Shown here piece after piece: positions 1 through 13,295 of a DNA stretch of 64,000 nucleotides (positions are counted from its first letter, which is position 1; every line of letters starts with the position of its first letter). Made by a program: the position numbers and the translations under genes. Under the pieces are notes generated by a model. That model searched no databases and was not told the DNA's origin. It worked only from the letters and a program-made list of their open reading frames with translations. Where the stretch lies: positions 186,467-250,466 of the forward strand of contig MU053156.1 of NCBI GenBank assembly GCA_013239625.1, in the 5' to 3' direction. The DNA comes from Lama guanicoe (Eukaryota).

Positions 1-1192
1 GGCTCGGAGCCCTCGGGCCGCACTGCAGTCAGCGGGGGCTCGGCCGAGCCAGGCAGAGTCCCGAACGGGGAGTCGTTGATGTGTCTTGGGCCCGAGCCGT
101 TGCCTGGCGGGCTGTCGCCTGCTGGCACGCGTCCCTTGAGCGCATTGCCGGCCGAGGCCGGCCTCCCGGCCTCCAGCACCGAGGCCTTGTCCGCAGCGTC
201 CGGCTGGCAGCACTTGGGTAGCCCCAGTGGCTCCTCGTCGGCAGGCCCGCCGGTCCGGATGGGACGGGAGGGCCGAGCGGCCACAGCGCAGCCCTCCAGG
301 TCGGTGGCGGCCAGGCGCTTGAGGTCGCGGCCGGCCAGGCGTGGGGGCAGGCTGCAGGGCACCTCGGACGACGAGCCGCGGAACTGCTGCAGCCAGGCCC
401 AGAGCGGGCGCGCCCGGCAGTCGCACACCCAGGGGTTGTCATTGAGCCGCAGGTACTGCAGGGCACGCAGGGGCGCCAGGGCCTCCGCGGGCAGCGCAGA
501 GAGGTTGTTGGCAAACAGGTAGAGCGTCATGAGGCGGCCGAGGTCACGGAAGGCGCGCGGGTGCACGCGGGCCACGCGGTTCTGGTGCAGCAGGAGGCGG
601 TCGAGGCTGTGCAGGCCGCGGAAGGCGCGCTCGGGCACGCTGGGGATGCGGTTGCCATGCAGGAAGAGGTGTGTGAGGTTGCCCAGGTCTTGGAAGGCGT
701 CATCGGGGAGCGCCTGCAGCCCGTTGTCTTGCAGGTAGAGGTACTGCAGGGCGGCCAGGCCACGGAACAGCCCGGGGCCCAGCTCCTGCAGGCCGCAGCG
801 GTCCAGGTGCAGCGTGTGCAGGCGGCCCAGGCCGTGGAACGTGGTGGGATCCACAGCACGCAGCTGTGCATTGTCGCTGAGGTCCAGCTGCTCGAGGAGC
901 GCCAGGCCGGTGAAGGCGGCGGCATCGATGCGGGCCAGCGCATTCGAGTGCAGCCACAGGATGGTGAGGTTGCGGCAGGCGCGGAAGCTGGCGGCTGGCA
1001 CGTATGTGATGCGGTTGCCATGCAGGAAGACGCGCTGGCTGGCGGCTGGGATGTCAGCGGGCACGGCCTGGAGACCCTGCTGCGGGCAGCTTGTGGTCAC
1101 CTTGGGCTCGTTGTAGCACACGCAGGCACCTGGGCACGGCGCCGCCACCCGCCACGCCTGCAGCCACAGCACCCAGGCCAGCAGCTGGCTCC
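1..1192 (-). CDS. RTN4R: Reticulon-4 receptor (Nogo-66 receptor 1), coding exon 2, partial (runs off left edge)
   Basis: Manual minus-strand translation after acceptor ctgcag|GG gives [45 protein letters not shown], then LRRs ([48 protein letters not shown]), the [20 protein letters not shown], and [11 protein letters not shown]...[16 protein letters not shown]. No stop before the window edge, which probably explains its absence from the ORF track. Confidence 0.98.
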
Positions 1193-4100
1193 CTGCAGGC
1201 AGAGCAGAGGGTGGTTAGTGGGCAGGGGGCCCTGAGAGGCTGGGGTGAGCCCAGGATGCACCGCTGCCCTAGGAGTTCAGGTGCTGTGATCCCTGCTTCA
1301 CTGGACATGCAGAAACTGCTGCATCAAAACAGCCAGGGGTCACATACTTCTCATGGGGAACCCACCTGCACACACCCACGTCACCCCGCCTGGTGCTCCA
1401 ACATACACGCGCTAACAGGCCCACACCCCCCACGACCGAAGCACACGTGAAGGCCTCTTGGGACAGACGTGCAAGCCTGCAGACACCTCCTCGGGACTCT
1501 AGCTAACACAGAGCCAGCCCTCTTGGGCCTGCCCACTGTCCCTGTCCATCCCAGTGCTGTCCTAGCCTGTCTCTGCCCCTTCAGCCCACAGGCCTGGCTG
1601 GACAGAGGCTCCTGGCAAACACTCGAGGACAAGGCTGGCTCGAGCTTTAGCTCAACTGAGGTTGCAGCTCAGACCCTGTGCCCTGCCCAGGCCCCCTGGA
1701 ACCCCTGAGGCCCAGGGCTGCCTGGATTCTGAGGGGGCATCACCACCTCGGGGAGCTGTACTTTAATGAAGGAACTGCATGGGCCTTGGTGGAGCCAGGA
1801 CCCACAGCCCCGTCCGTGGCCCTCCTGCGGAGGTCTGGCGCCCACCGGGAAATTGCCCCAGCTACCCTAGGCGCAGGAGCAACTCGGTCATCATAGAATC
1901 AGAGCCAGTGCCGAAGGCAGGGACAAGAGGGCAGGTGGGCCCAGGCTGGGGGTCGGGGGACACATGCAGCCTGCCCCAGTAGCCACTCCAGGCAGGCTGC
2001 TCCCTCCCCCACACTGTCCTTACAGGGACACCTCCTGCAGCCTCCGCCCCTCGGCCTCATTCTCTGCTTGATCTCCTCCTCAGGGCAAGGAGCTCGCTCC
2101 TTCCCAGCCAGTCTCTGCCTATCCCAGCTGCCCTCAACCCTCCTGCCCAGACATGCTCCCAGCAGGTTCCGCCCCAGCCCCAGGGGTGCATCTCCCCTCT
2201 TCCCTCCCCATCTTGGGGCCTCACTGAAGACCAGGCCAGGCAGGACCCCTCCTGGGGTGCTGAACCCAGCCTGGTCTCACCAGCAGGGCCATATGCCCAG
2301 TACTGAGCTCACAGCCTATCAGCCCACCGTTAGAGCCACCTCTTTGAATGCCGAAGACTCTTTCTGCCTTCAGGAGTGAGTCTATTAAAATGTGAAACCC
2401 TGGGAGGGTTATGGCTTATCAGTGAACACTCCAGTTATCAGCTACCACCTGCGCTGACAGCTAACACCTTCCTTGGCAGCTAGCTGAGAGCAGGACTCTG
2501 CAGACACGAGGCCAGCTAAGTGCTGGAGCTGGAGCCAGAAGGGAGAAAGGAGAGGGCCACAGGCCAGCTTCCCCTACCCAGAACCATGACCTTGGGGCCC
2601 CCTGCCCACTAACTAGGTCCTCTGCCTGGGCCCGTGCACATGCTCACCCCAAGCCCAGAGCTTCAGCAAGCCCGGCCCTCCCCGCCGTCACAAGGAGCAC
2701 GTCCTCCCCACAGCCTAGGGGCCCCCTCTGTCCCCTGTGCTCTGCTGGCCACCAGGGCTGGGCCATTTGTGGGCTGTTGGGGACATGGCAGCCCCAGGAT
2801 CCCTAAGCCCTGGGCGCCCCTTCTCTGGGCTGGCCACGCACAGGAGGCCATGAGGGGGCACCTCAGCCCGCTGTTCTATTTAAACTGCTGGGAGCCTCTC
2901 CCAGCCCTCTCTGTGTGGGCCTCTCTGGACAGCCAGGCCTGACTGTGCAGCCCCCACCACACCTCATGGCTGTCACGGTACGTCCGCGTGCTATGAAAGC
3001 AGTACTGCCTGCCCCAGAGGACTGCCTGGGGCGAGTGCGCTGGGGGCCCCGGTACTCCCCGGCCAGAGTCTGGACCTCACCACCAACCTGGCTATGTCAG
3101 CAGCCACGTCACCGACCGAACTGGGCTACCATTGTACCCTGACCCATGGCTCCCAGGCCTGAAGCCACGGGCTGTGAGCTCGGCTGTTGCTGGGGTCAGC
3201 TGACCGCCAGAATGGCCGACCCCTCCATCCTCCCCAAACCTGGGCTTCCAGAAGGCCGGAAGCCATGGGCTCGGGGCCCTGCCCACTTTACGATTGCCCC
3301 ACATGAGGCCTGAGCCACGCCGTGGGGGCGAGTGTCAGAGAGGCCACATGGCACAGCCCTGCCAGGAAGCGGCCTCAAGCGCAGACATAGCCGCTCCCGT
3401 GGAGCCAACTGCCTTTTAGAAACCCACTTCTGAGTGTCGGTCCCTCCGCAGGGGCCCTGCTGTCAGCACGGCGGCCGGCGGTGGGCTCTCCCCTTGCCTT
3501 GGCCACAGTAATTGGCTCCAGCCTGGCCCCTCTTGGGGCCTGCCCGCTGGTCTCCATGGCAACCCCTCTGCTGAGCAAGCAGAGGGGGCATCTTTTTATG
3601 AGATAATCAAACCCAACTTTGCGGCATGTGCGCACATTCACAGCAGGGGTTCCGGAAAGCAGGCCCCTGCCAGGTAGTGGGAGGGCATCTCCTCGGCCCC
3701 AGCCCAGGGGTGGACCCCATCACTCACCTAATCCTGCCCAACCTAAAAGGCCTCCCCATCCATGGCCCCCATCCCATCCCCCTGCCTATCCTCTCAGTCC
3801 ATCGCCCCCCACCACCCTGACCAGGCCCAGACCTCCCTGGCTTCTACAGCCCCCTGAGCCTGCCGGCCACTCTCTAGCCACCAGGTTTGCTCCCTCACTG
3901 ATCCCGTCCACTCATCAGGGGCCCCTAGGCAGGGCCCTGCCTCACCTGCCTCTCCTTTCTCTCCCTGAAGCTGCCCACTGGCTCTAGCTGGCCACCTGCT
4001 CCCCAGCCCCACCTCCTATTTGCACCCAGCGGGGGCTTGCCTCCTGGCATATGTGGTAAGGAAACAGCCCTGCCGGCCTGGCTCTCATACATGGTCACAC

Positions 4101-4789
4101 AGGGAACGTCTGCTCTGGAGCAGTGGTCGGGGCACGAGTGCTGCGGCTGGGAGAGGACCGGATACTCTTGCCTTGGGGGTTGGGGGACAGTCACCAGACC
4201 GCTCAGGGCCTCTCCTTCAGGCCCAGGAGGCTGGAGGCATCAGGCCTGGGCGTGGCCCCAGGGCATCTGCACTGCTCACCTGCCCAGCTCCTGGGCAGCA
4301 AAGGGCCTAGGTTCACTCCACGGTCTCTGCAGAGGGCGGGAAGGAAGGTGGAGCGGGGAGGAGGCGGGGGAGCAGTAGGGAGGGGAGCCAGGAGGGGCAG
4401 GAGGCTTCTCGGGATTCACCCGCAGGAGCCAGTGCACGGTGGGCAGACGGCGGCCGAGGTCAGCAGCTCAGAAACAGGGAGTGCAGGAGGCTGCAGGCAC
4501 AGGAGGTCTTTGGTGTGTTCCCTGGCCCCCACCACTCCCAGGGCCCCCAGCCTGGGCTGAGGTTGCAGGGTTACAGCTGCCCTGAGGTCCAATGGGGACG
4601 CCTCTGTCCCCACTGGTGAGGCCATGGCAATGGCGCTAGGCTGGCAGCCTTGGAGGCCCGGAGCCTTTGGGCCTCAATGCCTCCCCACTGCTATGGGGTG
4701 GCTGTAACACCCACTTCAGGGGTCATTAGGAGGGTCCATCAGCTGGTATAAAAAAAGTGTGAGTCAGAGCTGTGTAAGAATCAGATTTT

Positions 4790-4870
4790 GGGGAGGTATC
4801 ATGAGCTCATTTTACAGATTAGAAAACTGAGGCAGTGAGCAGTTACGCCATGGCCTGTTCCCACCTGGAG
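4790..4870 (-). mobile_element. MIR SINE fragment
   Basis: cattttacagattagaaaactgaggc is the MIR core. Confidence 0.7.
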
Positions 4871-5834
4871 CCGGTCCAGGAGGAAAGGCGGGCGAGCACA
4901 GGAGACACAGGGCCACCTCCAGCCCAAGGCTGAACAGTGGCCCCTGTGTGGCCACGGAAGGAATGGGCCTGGGCTGTGAGGGCGGGACAGGCTCTGGCGG
5001 CACAGGAGGGGTCCTGTGCCATTGGCGGCTTGAGGTGGACATGTCCTGGGAGGCTCTGAGCTGCTGCCTGCCCCCAAGGAGGCTGGGGTCAGCAGGCTGT
5101 GAAGGAGCCGGTGGCTGCAGCCCAGCTAGGACATCCGCCGGCTCGGGACCCGTGAAGGGTCATGTCACAGACCGCGGTTACGGGCAGAGCAGGCGGCCAC
5201 AGCTCGGCACAGCGAAGCCAGAAATAGCTCTGGGCGGGGGTGGGGAACACCACAGAGGGTCAAAGCTCCCCGGCACGGCTGCACTCACACCCCTCCCCAG
5301 TGCTGGCCCCCCACCAGTAACGGGCTCACCCGCCCGCCCCCGTCGTCCATCTGTCTCCCCTCGGTCGTCACTGCTTCTCATACTCACCACCCACCCACCT
5401 TCCGTCCGTCCTCCAGGCACAGACATGTGCGGGGCAGCACGTGTGGCCGGGGCGTCTCCCGGCTTTCTCCGGCTGCAGGTGCAGGGGGGAGGGTGGTAGC
5501 AGCTCTGTGGGGCCCCACACCACCCGCCCCCTGCCGCTGTGCCCCACAAGCCTTGTTCCTTACTGATCTTTCTGGGGTGGTGGCTGCAGGGGCAGGGCAG
5601 GTGGGCTGGCCAGGTCGGTAATGGGCAAGGTGACCCACCATGGCAGGAGGGTACTGGATGCAGGGCTGAGCAGTTCCAAGCACCAGGCCAAGCTGCGTGC
5701 AGTGGGGGAAATGGAGGCCCACCGTGGGCAGAGCCTACCTGAGGTCACATGAGACGTGGGCAGAACTGGGGCGAGCAGACCAAGCCAAGGCTGAGCCTCT
5801 CTGTCTCTGAACTCTCTGGGAGTCCAGTTTATCT

Positions 5835-5905
5835 ACATTTTACAGGTGAAGAAAATGAGGTTTGGTGGGGAGGCCACTTGTTCACAACCCAAGAGCTGGT
5901 AGGAT
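5835..5905 (-). mobile_element. MIR SINE fragment
   Basis: cattttacaggtgaagaaaatgagg...cacttgttcacaacccaagagctggtagg. Confidence 0.6.
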
Positions 5906-7020
5906 TCCTGACCCCATAGTATCCAGTTGCTGAAAGGCTTTGCTGGGCACTAAAGAGTTAAAGCACTTCTACCCAAACTTACCCATCAGCCCCACCCTGA
6001 ACCCCAAATTTCAAGCCAACACAGCACCTGGGAGTTGCCAGGGGGCCTGGCCCAGCCAGAGCTGGAAGCCTTGGATGCAGAGCTCACCCACAATCATGTT
6101 CCTGAGGGGGACCCTGTGGTAGGGACCGCACTGGGCACTGCAGGCACGAGATAAGGATGTGGTCCTGGCTTGTGATACCTGCGGTCCAGGAGTGGACTGA
6201 CCATGTGCCACATGGGGGATCAAAGGGGCCACAAGGGCCTGATGGGGCCCCAGACAGAAGCCCGCCGCCAGGGTGAAGATCCAAGACCCTCTGATGGGCA
6301 GGACCTCTGACGACCAAGCCTCAGGAGTCCATCCTTGGCCAAGGCTGGACTGCAGCCTGGAACCTCACCCTGCCCAGCCCTCATGCTCTTCACCTGACGC
6401 CCACCTTCTCAGCCCCCACCCAGGGAGCCTCATATGTAAGGCTGATGTCACCAGCACCTGGAGGCTCGTCCAGCCCCAGGATGCTGCCAGTGTAGGCCAC
6501 ATCCACCCTCATTCCAAAGACGCAGCCGGCATTCCCTCCCCCACAGAGGCTGGACCCCCCCCCCAATTTCATCAGGCCACCAACAAATGCCTGCTGCCTA
6601 ATTACCTGGAGAATTCTGCCTCCACGACCAGCTCATCAGGGTCCTGAAGCTAATTTAATCTGGCGGTGCGTGTAGGCTTGAGTCCCCACAGGATGCTAAT
6701 GAGAAACCGGCCAGTGGCTGTCATGCCCTGCCCCTGGGGAGGCTCAGAAAAGGGGCACCCCCAGTGCCAGGGCCCGGGACCTACTGCCATACACCTGCCA
6801 CCACGCTCACCTGTCTGCCCCGATCCCTGTCCACTGCCAGCTCCTATCCAGGACTGGGTGTCTTGCTTGGCAGGGCCAACAGTGCTGGGTCCTGCCTTCT
6901 CCCCAGTCTAGTCCCACCTCCTCCTGGGAACCCGCATCTGCCGCTTATAGGAAGCCGACCACTCCTGTGAGGCCCAGAGCGTCAGCCTCGGACAGGGCAG
7001 ATGAGGTGCAGGAGAATGAA

Positions 7021-7105
7021 TTTGGGGAGACACTTGGGGGACACTATGGGAGACTCAGGGACACTTGGGGTGCACACTCAGGGAGCGCACAGTAGGAGCG
7101 CAGTC
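7021..7105. repeat. Degenerate ~12-bp tandem repeat (ggggacactt-like)
   Basis: ggggagacactt ggggga cactat gggagactca ggggacactt ggggtgcacactca. Confidence 0.65.
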
Positions 7106-9329
7106 CCAGGGCTTGTGCTGCTGGGACCTGGGTGAGTCAGGGAACAGAGCTGAGTCAGCCACACAGCAGCAGGGTTGCTGTGACGAGGCCAGACAGACAC
7201 GGGAGCCCCTCCCAGGAGCCAGGGCAGGGGGTCTGCCGTCCTCTGCAGTGAGAGTCGACGAGTGTGCACACTCCCACGTGTCCTGAGCCCTCAGCACTAG
7301 TCAACACCACCAGCAAGGCAGGCGTCAGCCTCTGCCCGAGCAGGATCTGTCTGGCCATGGAAAGATAAACGCAGGTCTGCGGAGGCCCTTGCCTGCTCAC
7401 CCAGGAACCGGCCAGTCCCACCCTCGGTGGCGGCGGCTGCAGCGACTAGCCCTGTCTGGAGGGAGCAGTGAACTGGAGCTCACCTTCCCCATCCCAGGAG
7501 AGTGGAACTCTCGCATACACTCTTGACCAGGCAGCTTGGGCCTCGCAGTGGGCATAATAACGGTGGTGGGGTGCTTGGGGGCTTTGAAATTAAGCTGGGC
7601 TGGCGAGGGTTGGGACAGTGCCAGCTGGGACCGTGTCGGGGGGACCAGCAGGGCCTGCTGAGCACCCATGGCCAGAGGCAACTGGGGGGTCCGGGACCCT
7701 CAGCCCGAGATGCTCCCATTCGTGTCACCACCGGCAGAGGTCACCACATCCAGGTGGCTGTCTGTCCACAGGAAGGTCCGGGGATGCCCGTTTGTGAGAA
7801 GACCCTGCACGCCCGTGCCTCTCCTTTCCTGGACCGGGCTGTCCCACCTTCACTATGTCTTTGTTCTTAACGGGGACATCCTGTCAGCCTGAATCCTGAC
7901 ATCTTGGGAAGTGTGTCAGAACCGACTTGTCGTGTGCCCTCCTCCCAGCCCAAGTGGACGGTGTGGTGCTAGTGGGTCACCCTCTGCATGACCTGGCCAC
8001 AGAGCCCCCAGGAGGGCGTGGGGTCCTGGGGCGATTGGACTGGCTTGGAGGGGCTGTGGTAAGACCCCCGCCACCCCAGAGGTGAGTGGTGGGCCTGTGC
8101 TGGGCAGACAACAGACAGCCCTGAGCCTCCCAGCATCAGAAGGCTGTGCAGGGCCTTCGTGGATGAGCTTGTCCCCTAAGGAGGCCCTGTCCTCCCCCTT
8201 TATACCCCAGCCTCCCACAGCACCCAGCGCCAGAGGAAGGGCCTGGAGAGGGGGATGGGTCCTCGGCCTCCCTGGAATGCCTGGGGCACAGACTTCCCTC
8301 AGTCCAGGGGGTTTCATCACACCCCACAGCATGGTGAAGGGAAGACTATCAACCCACTCCGCAGACAAGGGCTCTGAGGCTTACCGAGGTGAGGTGACCA
8401 GGGGCCACAGCACGGCCAGGGGACAGGGTCCAAGACCCCTCTCCTGCCATACCAGGTGACCAGGGCAGGCCCTGAGCCTCAAGGGACCCAGATAACAGGA
8501 AAGGAAGGCAGTCCTGTGCAGCGGGTCAGCTGCGGAGCCTCCCCTCCAACCCATGCTCTGAGCCCCCTGACCAGCCCAGAGAGCATCATCCTCCACCCAA
8601 GCCTTTTGCCCCTTGGGCTGCCTGAGGTGGGCCCTAGGGCCCTGCAGCCCTGGGCTCAGATGCTGGCTCTGTACCCTCTCACCGAGTGGCTGGGGATGCT
8701 GTCTCCACACTGGTGACATGAGGATGACAACAGGCCAGCATTGGCCTCCCCAGGGCCCTGAGATGCCTCCAGCCTGGAACCCCACTGAGCACCTCCACCC
8801 AGACTCTGGCTTTGTGGCCAGCATCCTGCCTCATGGAGGATGGTGTGGGGCGCTCTGACTGTGGTCAGCCTGTCTCAGGTGACTCCTCAGGGAGGAGAGG
8901 CCCACAGCTCAGAGGTGGCCCCGTGGTGATGCTGATCGCTCTGCAGTCTTGAGGCCGCTCCCCACCTGGCCTAGCAGCCCTGCTTTGTCCAGAAGAGGCT
9001 GTGCCTGGGTGGGAGGAGGGCACGACAGCCAGGCTGTGCTGCAAATGCGCCCAGAACAGCCTCTCCAGTGGAGACAGGAGGTGCTCAGACAGCTGTGGAC
9101 CCCAGCACGGACCAAAGGGCCTCATAAGAGACCTTTGTTCACCCATCCCCAGATTGAAGATGGTGATGCACACACACTACGAGGGGCAGGGATGGGGTGA
9201 CAAGGCTGCCCGCTGGAGAAATGCCCAGAGGAAGGGCCTCCACCTCGGCCTCCAGGGTGTCCAGGGCAGCTCCTGCCTGACCACCCACCACCTGCCAGTG
9301 GACAAGCCCCAGTCTCAACAGAGCAGCAT

Positions 9330-10630
9330 CTAAATACCTTCAGTGCCCCTAGCAAATGCTACCGGGAAACCAGGTGTCTGGAAAAGGTGCCAGTGCCCAG
9401 AGTGGAAGCGACTCTAGAGGAAGTAGAACAGGTGAAACAGGACAAACCTACTTGGCGTCCTCACAAGGATAGAAGGGGGTTTCAAACAAGAACAGGGTGC
9501 TATGCACAAGGAGCTATCAGAAAACAAGAAGAGTGGCTGGAAGTTAAAAATAAAATTGCTAAAATTACCCCCCAAATCAATAGAAGGGTTGGAAAACAAG
9601 GTCAAGGAAGCCTTGCAGAAAGAAAAGCAAAAAGAGAAAGAGATGGGGAAAAATGATGAGATTCAGAAGACAAATATAGACCCAGCATTTGTATTAGGGA
9701 ATTCCAGAAAGAAAACAGAGAACATAGAGGGGAAAGTCGTCAAAGAAATAATACCAGAAAACCTCCAGGAGCTGACGACCTGGCCCTGCGCTGGGTGAGT
9801 GCCTGGCACAACACGTGACGTTCACAGTGTGGTTTCAGGCCTTGGAGGCCCAGAGAGGAAAAGCGATAGGAGACAGCAAAACTGCAATGGCTTCAAACCC
9901 TAGGGAAACGATCTTCACCCGAGATTCTGGACCAGGCCAATCCAGCCTGAATAGACTAGCAGCATTCAAGGGCTCACAGGATGATCCTCACTGTGCCTTC
10001 CTTATTCAGTTAGCTGAGGATGTGCCTCAGCTAAAACAGGACATAAACTCAGAAAGAGAAAAACGTGGGACCCAGGAAACATTGCGTGAAGAAGGGCAGT
10101 CATGGGCAGCTGTGAGGGGGCCACGCATGCCTGGCCCAGGTGGGCCCAGCAGGACATAGGCCTGGAGTGAGGCCTGCCAGGGAGAAACAAGAGACGCAGT
10201 AGAATGCCTGACATGCAAAGGACAGAGCACATGAGGGTGGCAGGTGGAACAAGAGAAAAAAGACAAAGTCAACCGTAAACTCTGGGAAAAACAAAAGGCC
10301 ACACAAGAGTGGGAAGGTCAGCAGGTGGTGAAGAGCATCTATGTGACCTGGGTTAGGAAACACTGGTTATGAATTTAAATGACGATCGCAGGACAGCCCT
10401 GCTGGGGAATGTGCTAGAGAAGAGGGGGCGGGGGTAACGGCTGCAGAAACGTGACGGTAACCACCTGGAAAGACGGGGACATGGCAACAGCGGCTGGCTG
10501 GAGGCAGGCTGGGGGCAGGTTTTAACTCTGAGCAGGACATGGTTGACCACAGTGTTACCTTTGTTAAAAGACTGCATGCTTGGCACTGAAATCTCAGGAA
10601 CAGAGATAAATCAAAAGAAGAAAATAAAGT
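9330..10630 (+). mobile_element. Decayed HAL1/old L1 ORF1-region fragment
   Basis: A-rich stretch encoding L1 ORF1p-like peptides in different frames (WLEVKNKIAKI; SIEGLENKVKEALQK; KEIIPENLQEL), with downstream motifs resembling the recalled HAL1 consensus (ctgaggatgtgc...agaaagagaaaaacgtgggacccaggaaac). Boundaries approximate. Confidence 0.7.
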
Positions 10631-12612
10631 GTCTGTGCTAGAAGGTGCAGACACACGTGGGCTAGACGCAGGCGGCTCCGAAGTGCAGGGGGAGAGAGTG
10701 GGACCGAGAGCACGCGAGGCCTCCCAGTGCTCCGCCAGCGCCTGGCTGCTCCTCCTCCGCTGCGCAGCCAAGGGTGGCCAAGGACAGCCCTGCCTCCAGG
10801 GACGCTCCACGCGCTTGGCTCCAGAGGCCTCTGAAGTCCAGACTCTTGGAGGGACAGCTTCCAACCCGAAGCCCCACCTGTGTGCTGGGCCTTCCACAGT
10901 CCCACCCACCGCTGCCGGGCAGCCCCTCCTCAGCCCTGCCTGCTCCCAGTCCACAGCCCCAACCCCCCGACCCCAGACAGGGACCCTCAGGAGCAGGGAT
11001 CTAGCGGGGCCCCTGGGGTGGGCGGCCTGAGCCCCTGGAGGGGGCTCCCTCTGATCTTGGCAGAGCACAAACTGGCCTCCCCTTGGCCTCTCCGAGAACC
11101 CCGACTGCGTTTCTGTATCCAAACCCACGGTACGCAGACAGGGGCGACGTGAAAAAGTAATTGCTCTTTTATTAACGAGTGATAAATTATTCCTATATGA
11201 TTGTATGTGATAACTCTTCCTTATTTGAAATCAATTTGGGATGGAAATTGTTGGCGGCTTCTCACCAGCGAGGGTGGGAAGACCAGGCGCCGCTGCCTCT
11301 GGGAAAAGCAGGTCAGTGTATTTTGGCTGCTTCCTGAGGCTGATGCGCGAGGCGCTCCCAGCGTGCAGGGGGCTGGCTGCCCTGGGGGCGGGGCACAGAG
11401 GGTGGCCTCCTTTCCTCAGCACCTGCCCCGGCCAGCGGACCCAGGGCATGACGCCCCCTTGGCCGAGGAAGGGTTAGGCTGGAGACCACCGTGGCCGGGC
11501 AATCAGAGGCAGGGGCCATCTGCAAGCCACACTCCACTCATCCCTGAATGTGACCCTGAGGACCAGGGCAGCCCAGCCTCTCACTCTGCAGGGGACTGAC
11601 CCAGCACTCGGCCAGCCTCCCTGCCTCCTTGCCCAGGCTGCCATAGCTTGACTTTATGGAGCCTGAAAAGGCATTTGTCTTTTTCCTAAAAATGTTCCTA
11701 ATGATTTCACATCCCCATTCCCTCCTCACAGCTCAACACATGAGGGTCCCCAGCGTGAGCCCAGGCCTGGGTCAGACAGACTTGGTCCCTGCCTGGTGCC
11801 CGGAAGGCCCTTCCGCCTGCTCATCTGCAGATGGCCTGTTTGAGGGGTTGCACACAGCAGGCGCTCAATAACCGCTGAGTGAAGTAACGGCCTCCCTCAC
11901 ACTGACCCTGCACTGTGTGGCCCCCTGGGCCAAGGTCAGCCCATGTGACGAGCCAGTAGACGTCAGGGAAGGGCGTGCCTCTGGCCGGTGCCCCCAGCCC
12001 CACAGGCCCAGCCTGCTCCGAGCAGTGCCCGATGGCCAGACCACTGTACCCCTTCTGCTCGATGCATTTGTAAGAGCCAGTTGCCTCCCTGCCAGGCTGC
12101 TCATCGCCCACCATCCACCCTCCTGCTGCTCCCCTCACCCTCCATGGCTGCAGCCACGCCGCCCAGCTCAGCTCAGCCACTGCCGGCAACCTCTGCCTCT
12201 CAGGCCTGGGTCTGTCATCTGTGAACGGGGAGGTTGGCTCTGAGAACCTGACAAATCCCCAGGGGTGGGGGCCCTGACACCCCCTGCCTCTGTCCACTGC
12301 CAGGGTGCCCCCTTCATTCCACACCTCCGATGGTCAACTTGGCAGGCCTCTGCACTGCCCATTCCTGCTGGTTGCCTCCCTGGGCTGTGGGCTCCTTGGG
12401 GCAGGACCAGGGCAGGTGACAGCACAGCAGATGGTGCTAAAATGTCTGTCATGTGAGTGTAAGAAGCGTGAGGCTGCAGAGACATCATTCCTCAAGATGT
12501 CCAGGCCCAGAGAGTCCATGGAGCACCGACTCCCTGCAGGGCGAGGCACCGGCACCTGATGCTGAGGACAGGTTCACATCCGCTACAGGCTGAAGGTCAG
12601 CACACCCAAATT

Positions 12613-12921
12613 CACAGGGGAGATTCTGTGTCCCCCATTTCATAGGCGGAAACCCTGATCCCCAGCGTGATGGCGTCTGGAGGTGGAGTCTGGGTTTAGG
12701 AGAGGGCGTGAGGAAGGGGCCCCACAATGGAATTAGTGCCCTTGTAGGAAGAGACACCTGGTGAGCTTGCTTGCACACAAGCACACGTGACGCCCTCTCA
12801 CAGAGCCCGACCCCGCCGCACCTGGGCTCAGACTCCCGCCTCCAGAATTGTGAGAAAACACATTTCTGTTGTGTAAGCCCCCGGTCGGTGGTATTTTGTT
12901 ATGACAGCGTAAGCTAATATA
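12613..12921 (+). mobile_element. MaLR solo LTR (MLT1A/MST-like)
   Basis: tgtgtccccc...attagtgcccttgtaggaagagac...gcctccagaattgtgagaaaacacatttctgttgtgtaagccc...gtattttgttatgacagc...ctaatata is typical of MLT1/MST LTRs. Confidence 0.8.
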
Positions 12922-13204
12922 GCTTCTTTCTTAAAAGCCTGGTGTATTTTTCCAGATTTTCTACAATGCACACGAACCAGTAAAATCAGAAGTGTTTTTA
13001 GTTCACTCTGTTTGGTCTCGTGTGTCGACACTGGACGCGACAGCCTGCCCAGGGAAGGGTGGGTGAGGCCGTCCTCAGGCAGCGGGAGCCCCTTCCGAGA
13101 GCCGTGTGCTGTGGGGTCCCTGCCCACCACACTGGCTCCACAAGGCAATGGGAGAAGGGAGGGCATTGGGCGCTGGCTCTGCCATGGGGTGGGGGTGTGG
13201 GCAG

Positions 13205-13295
13205 GTTAGGCAGGTCTCCCAACCTCTGGGAACCTGTTTCCTCAGCTGAAAAGTGGAGACAACAGGACCACCTCGCAGGGTGTGGAGGCCAGGGC
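13205..13295 (+). mobile_element. MIR SINE fragment
   Basis: ggcaggtctcccaacctctgggaacctgtttcctcagctgaaaagtggagac...cacctcgcagggtgtggagg. Confidence 0.65.

Noticed and set aside
561-1235. 224-aa plus-strand ORF and other ORFs overlapping RTN4R exon 2
   Set aside because: Antisense or alternate-frame shadows of a GC3-rich coding exon, with no independent protein features.
6617-6695. Calling a functional MIR1286 gene
   Set aside because: Seed altered and stem pairing appears lost relative to the recalled human precursor. Reported only as an orthologous locus.
9502-9798. 98-aa ORF resembling L1 ORF1p (possible domesticated L1TD1-like gene)
   Set aside because: The ORF1p similarity switches between frames (part lies in ORF 9387-9656), so this is a frameshifted HAL1/L1 fossil.
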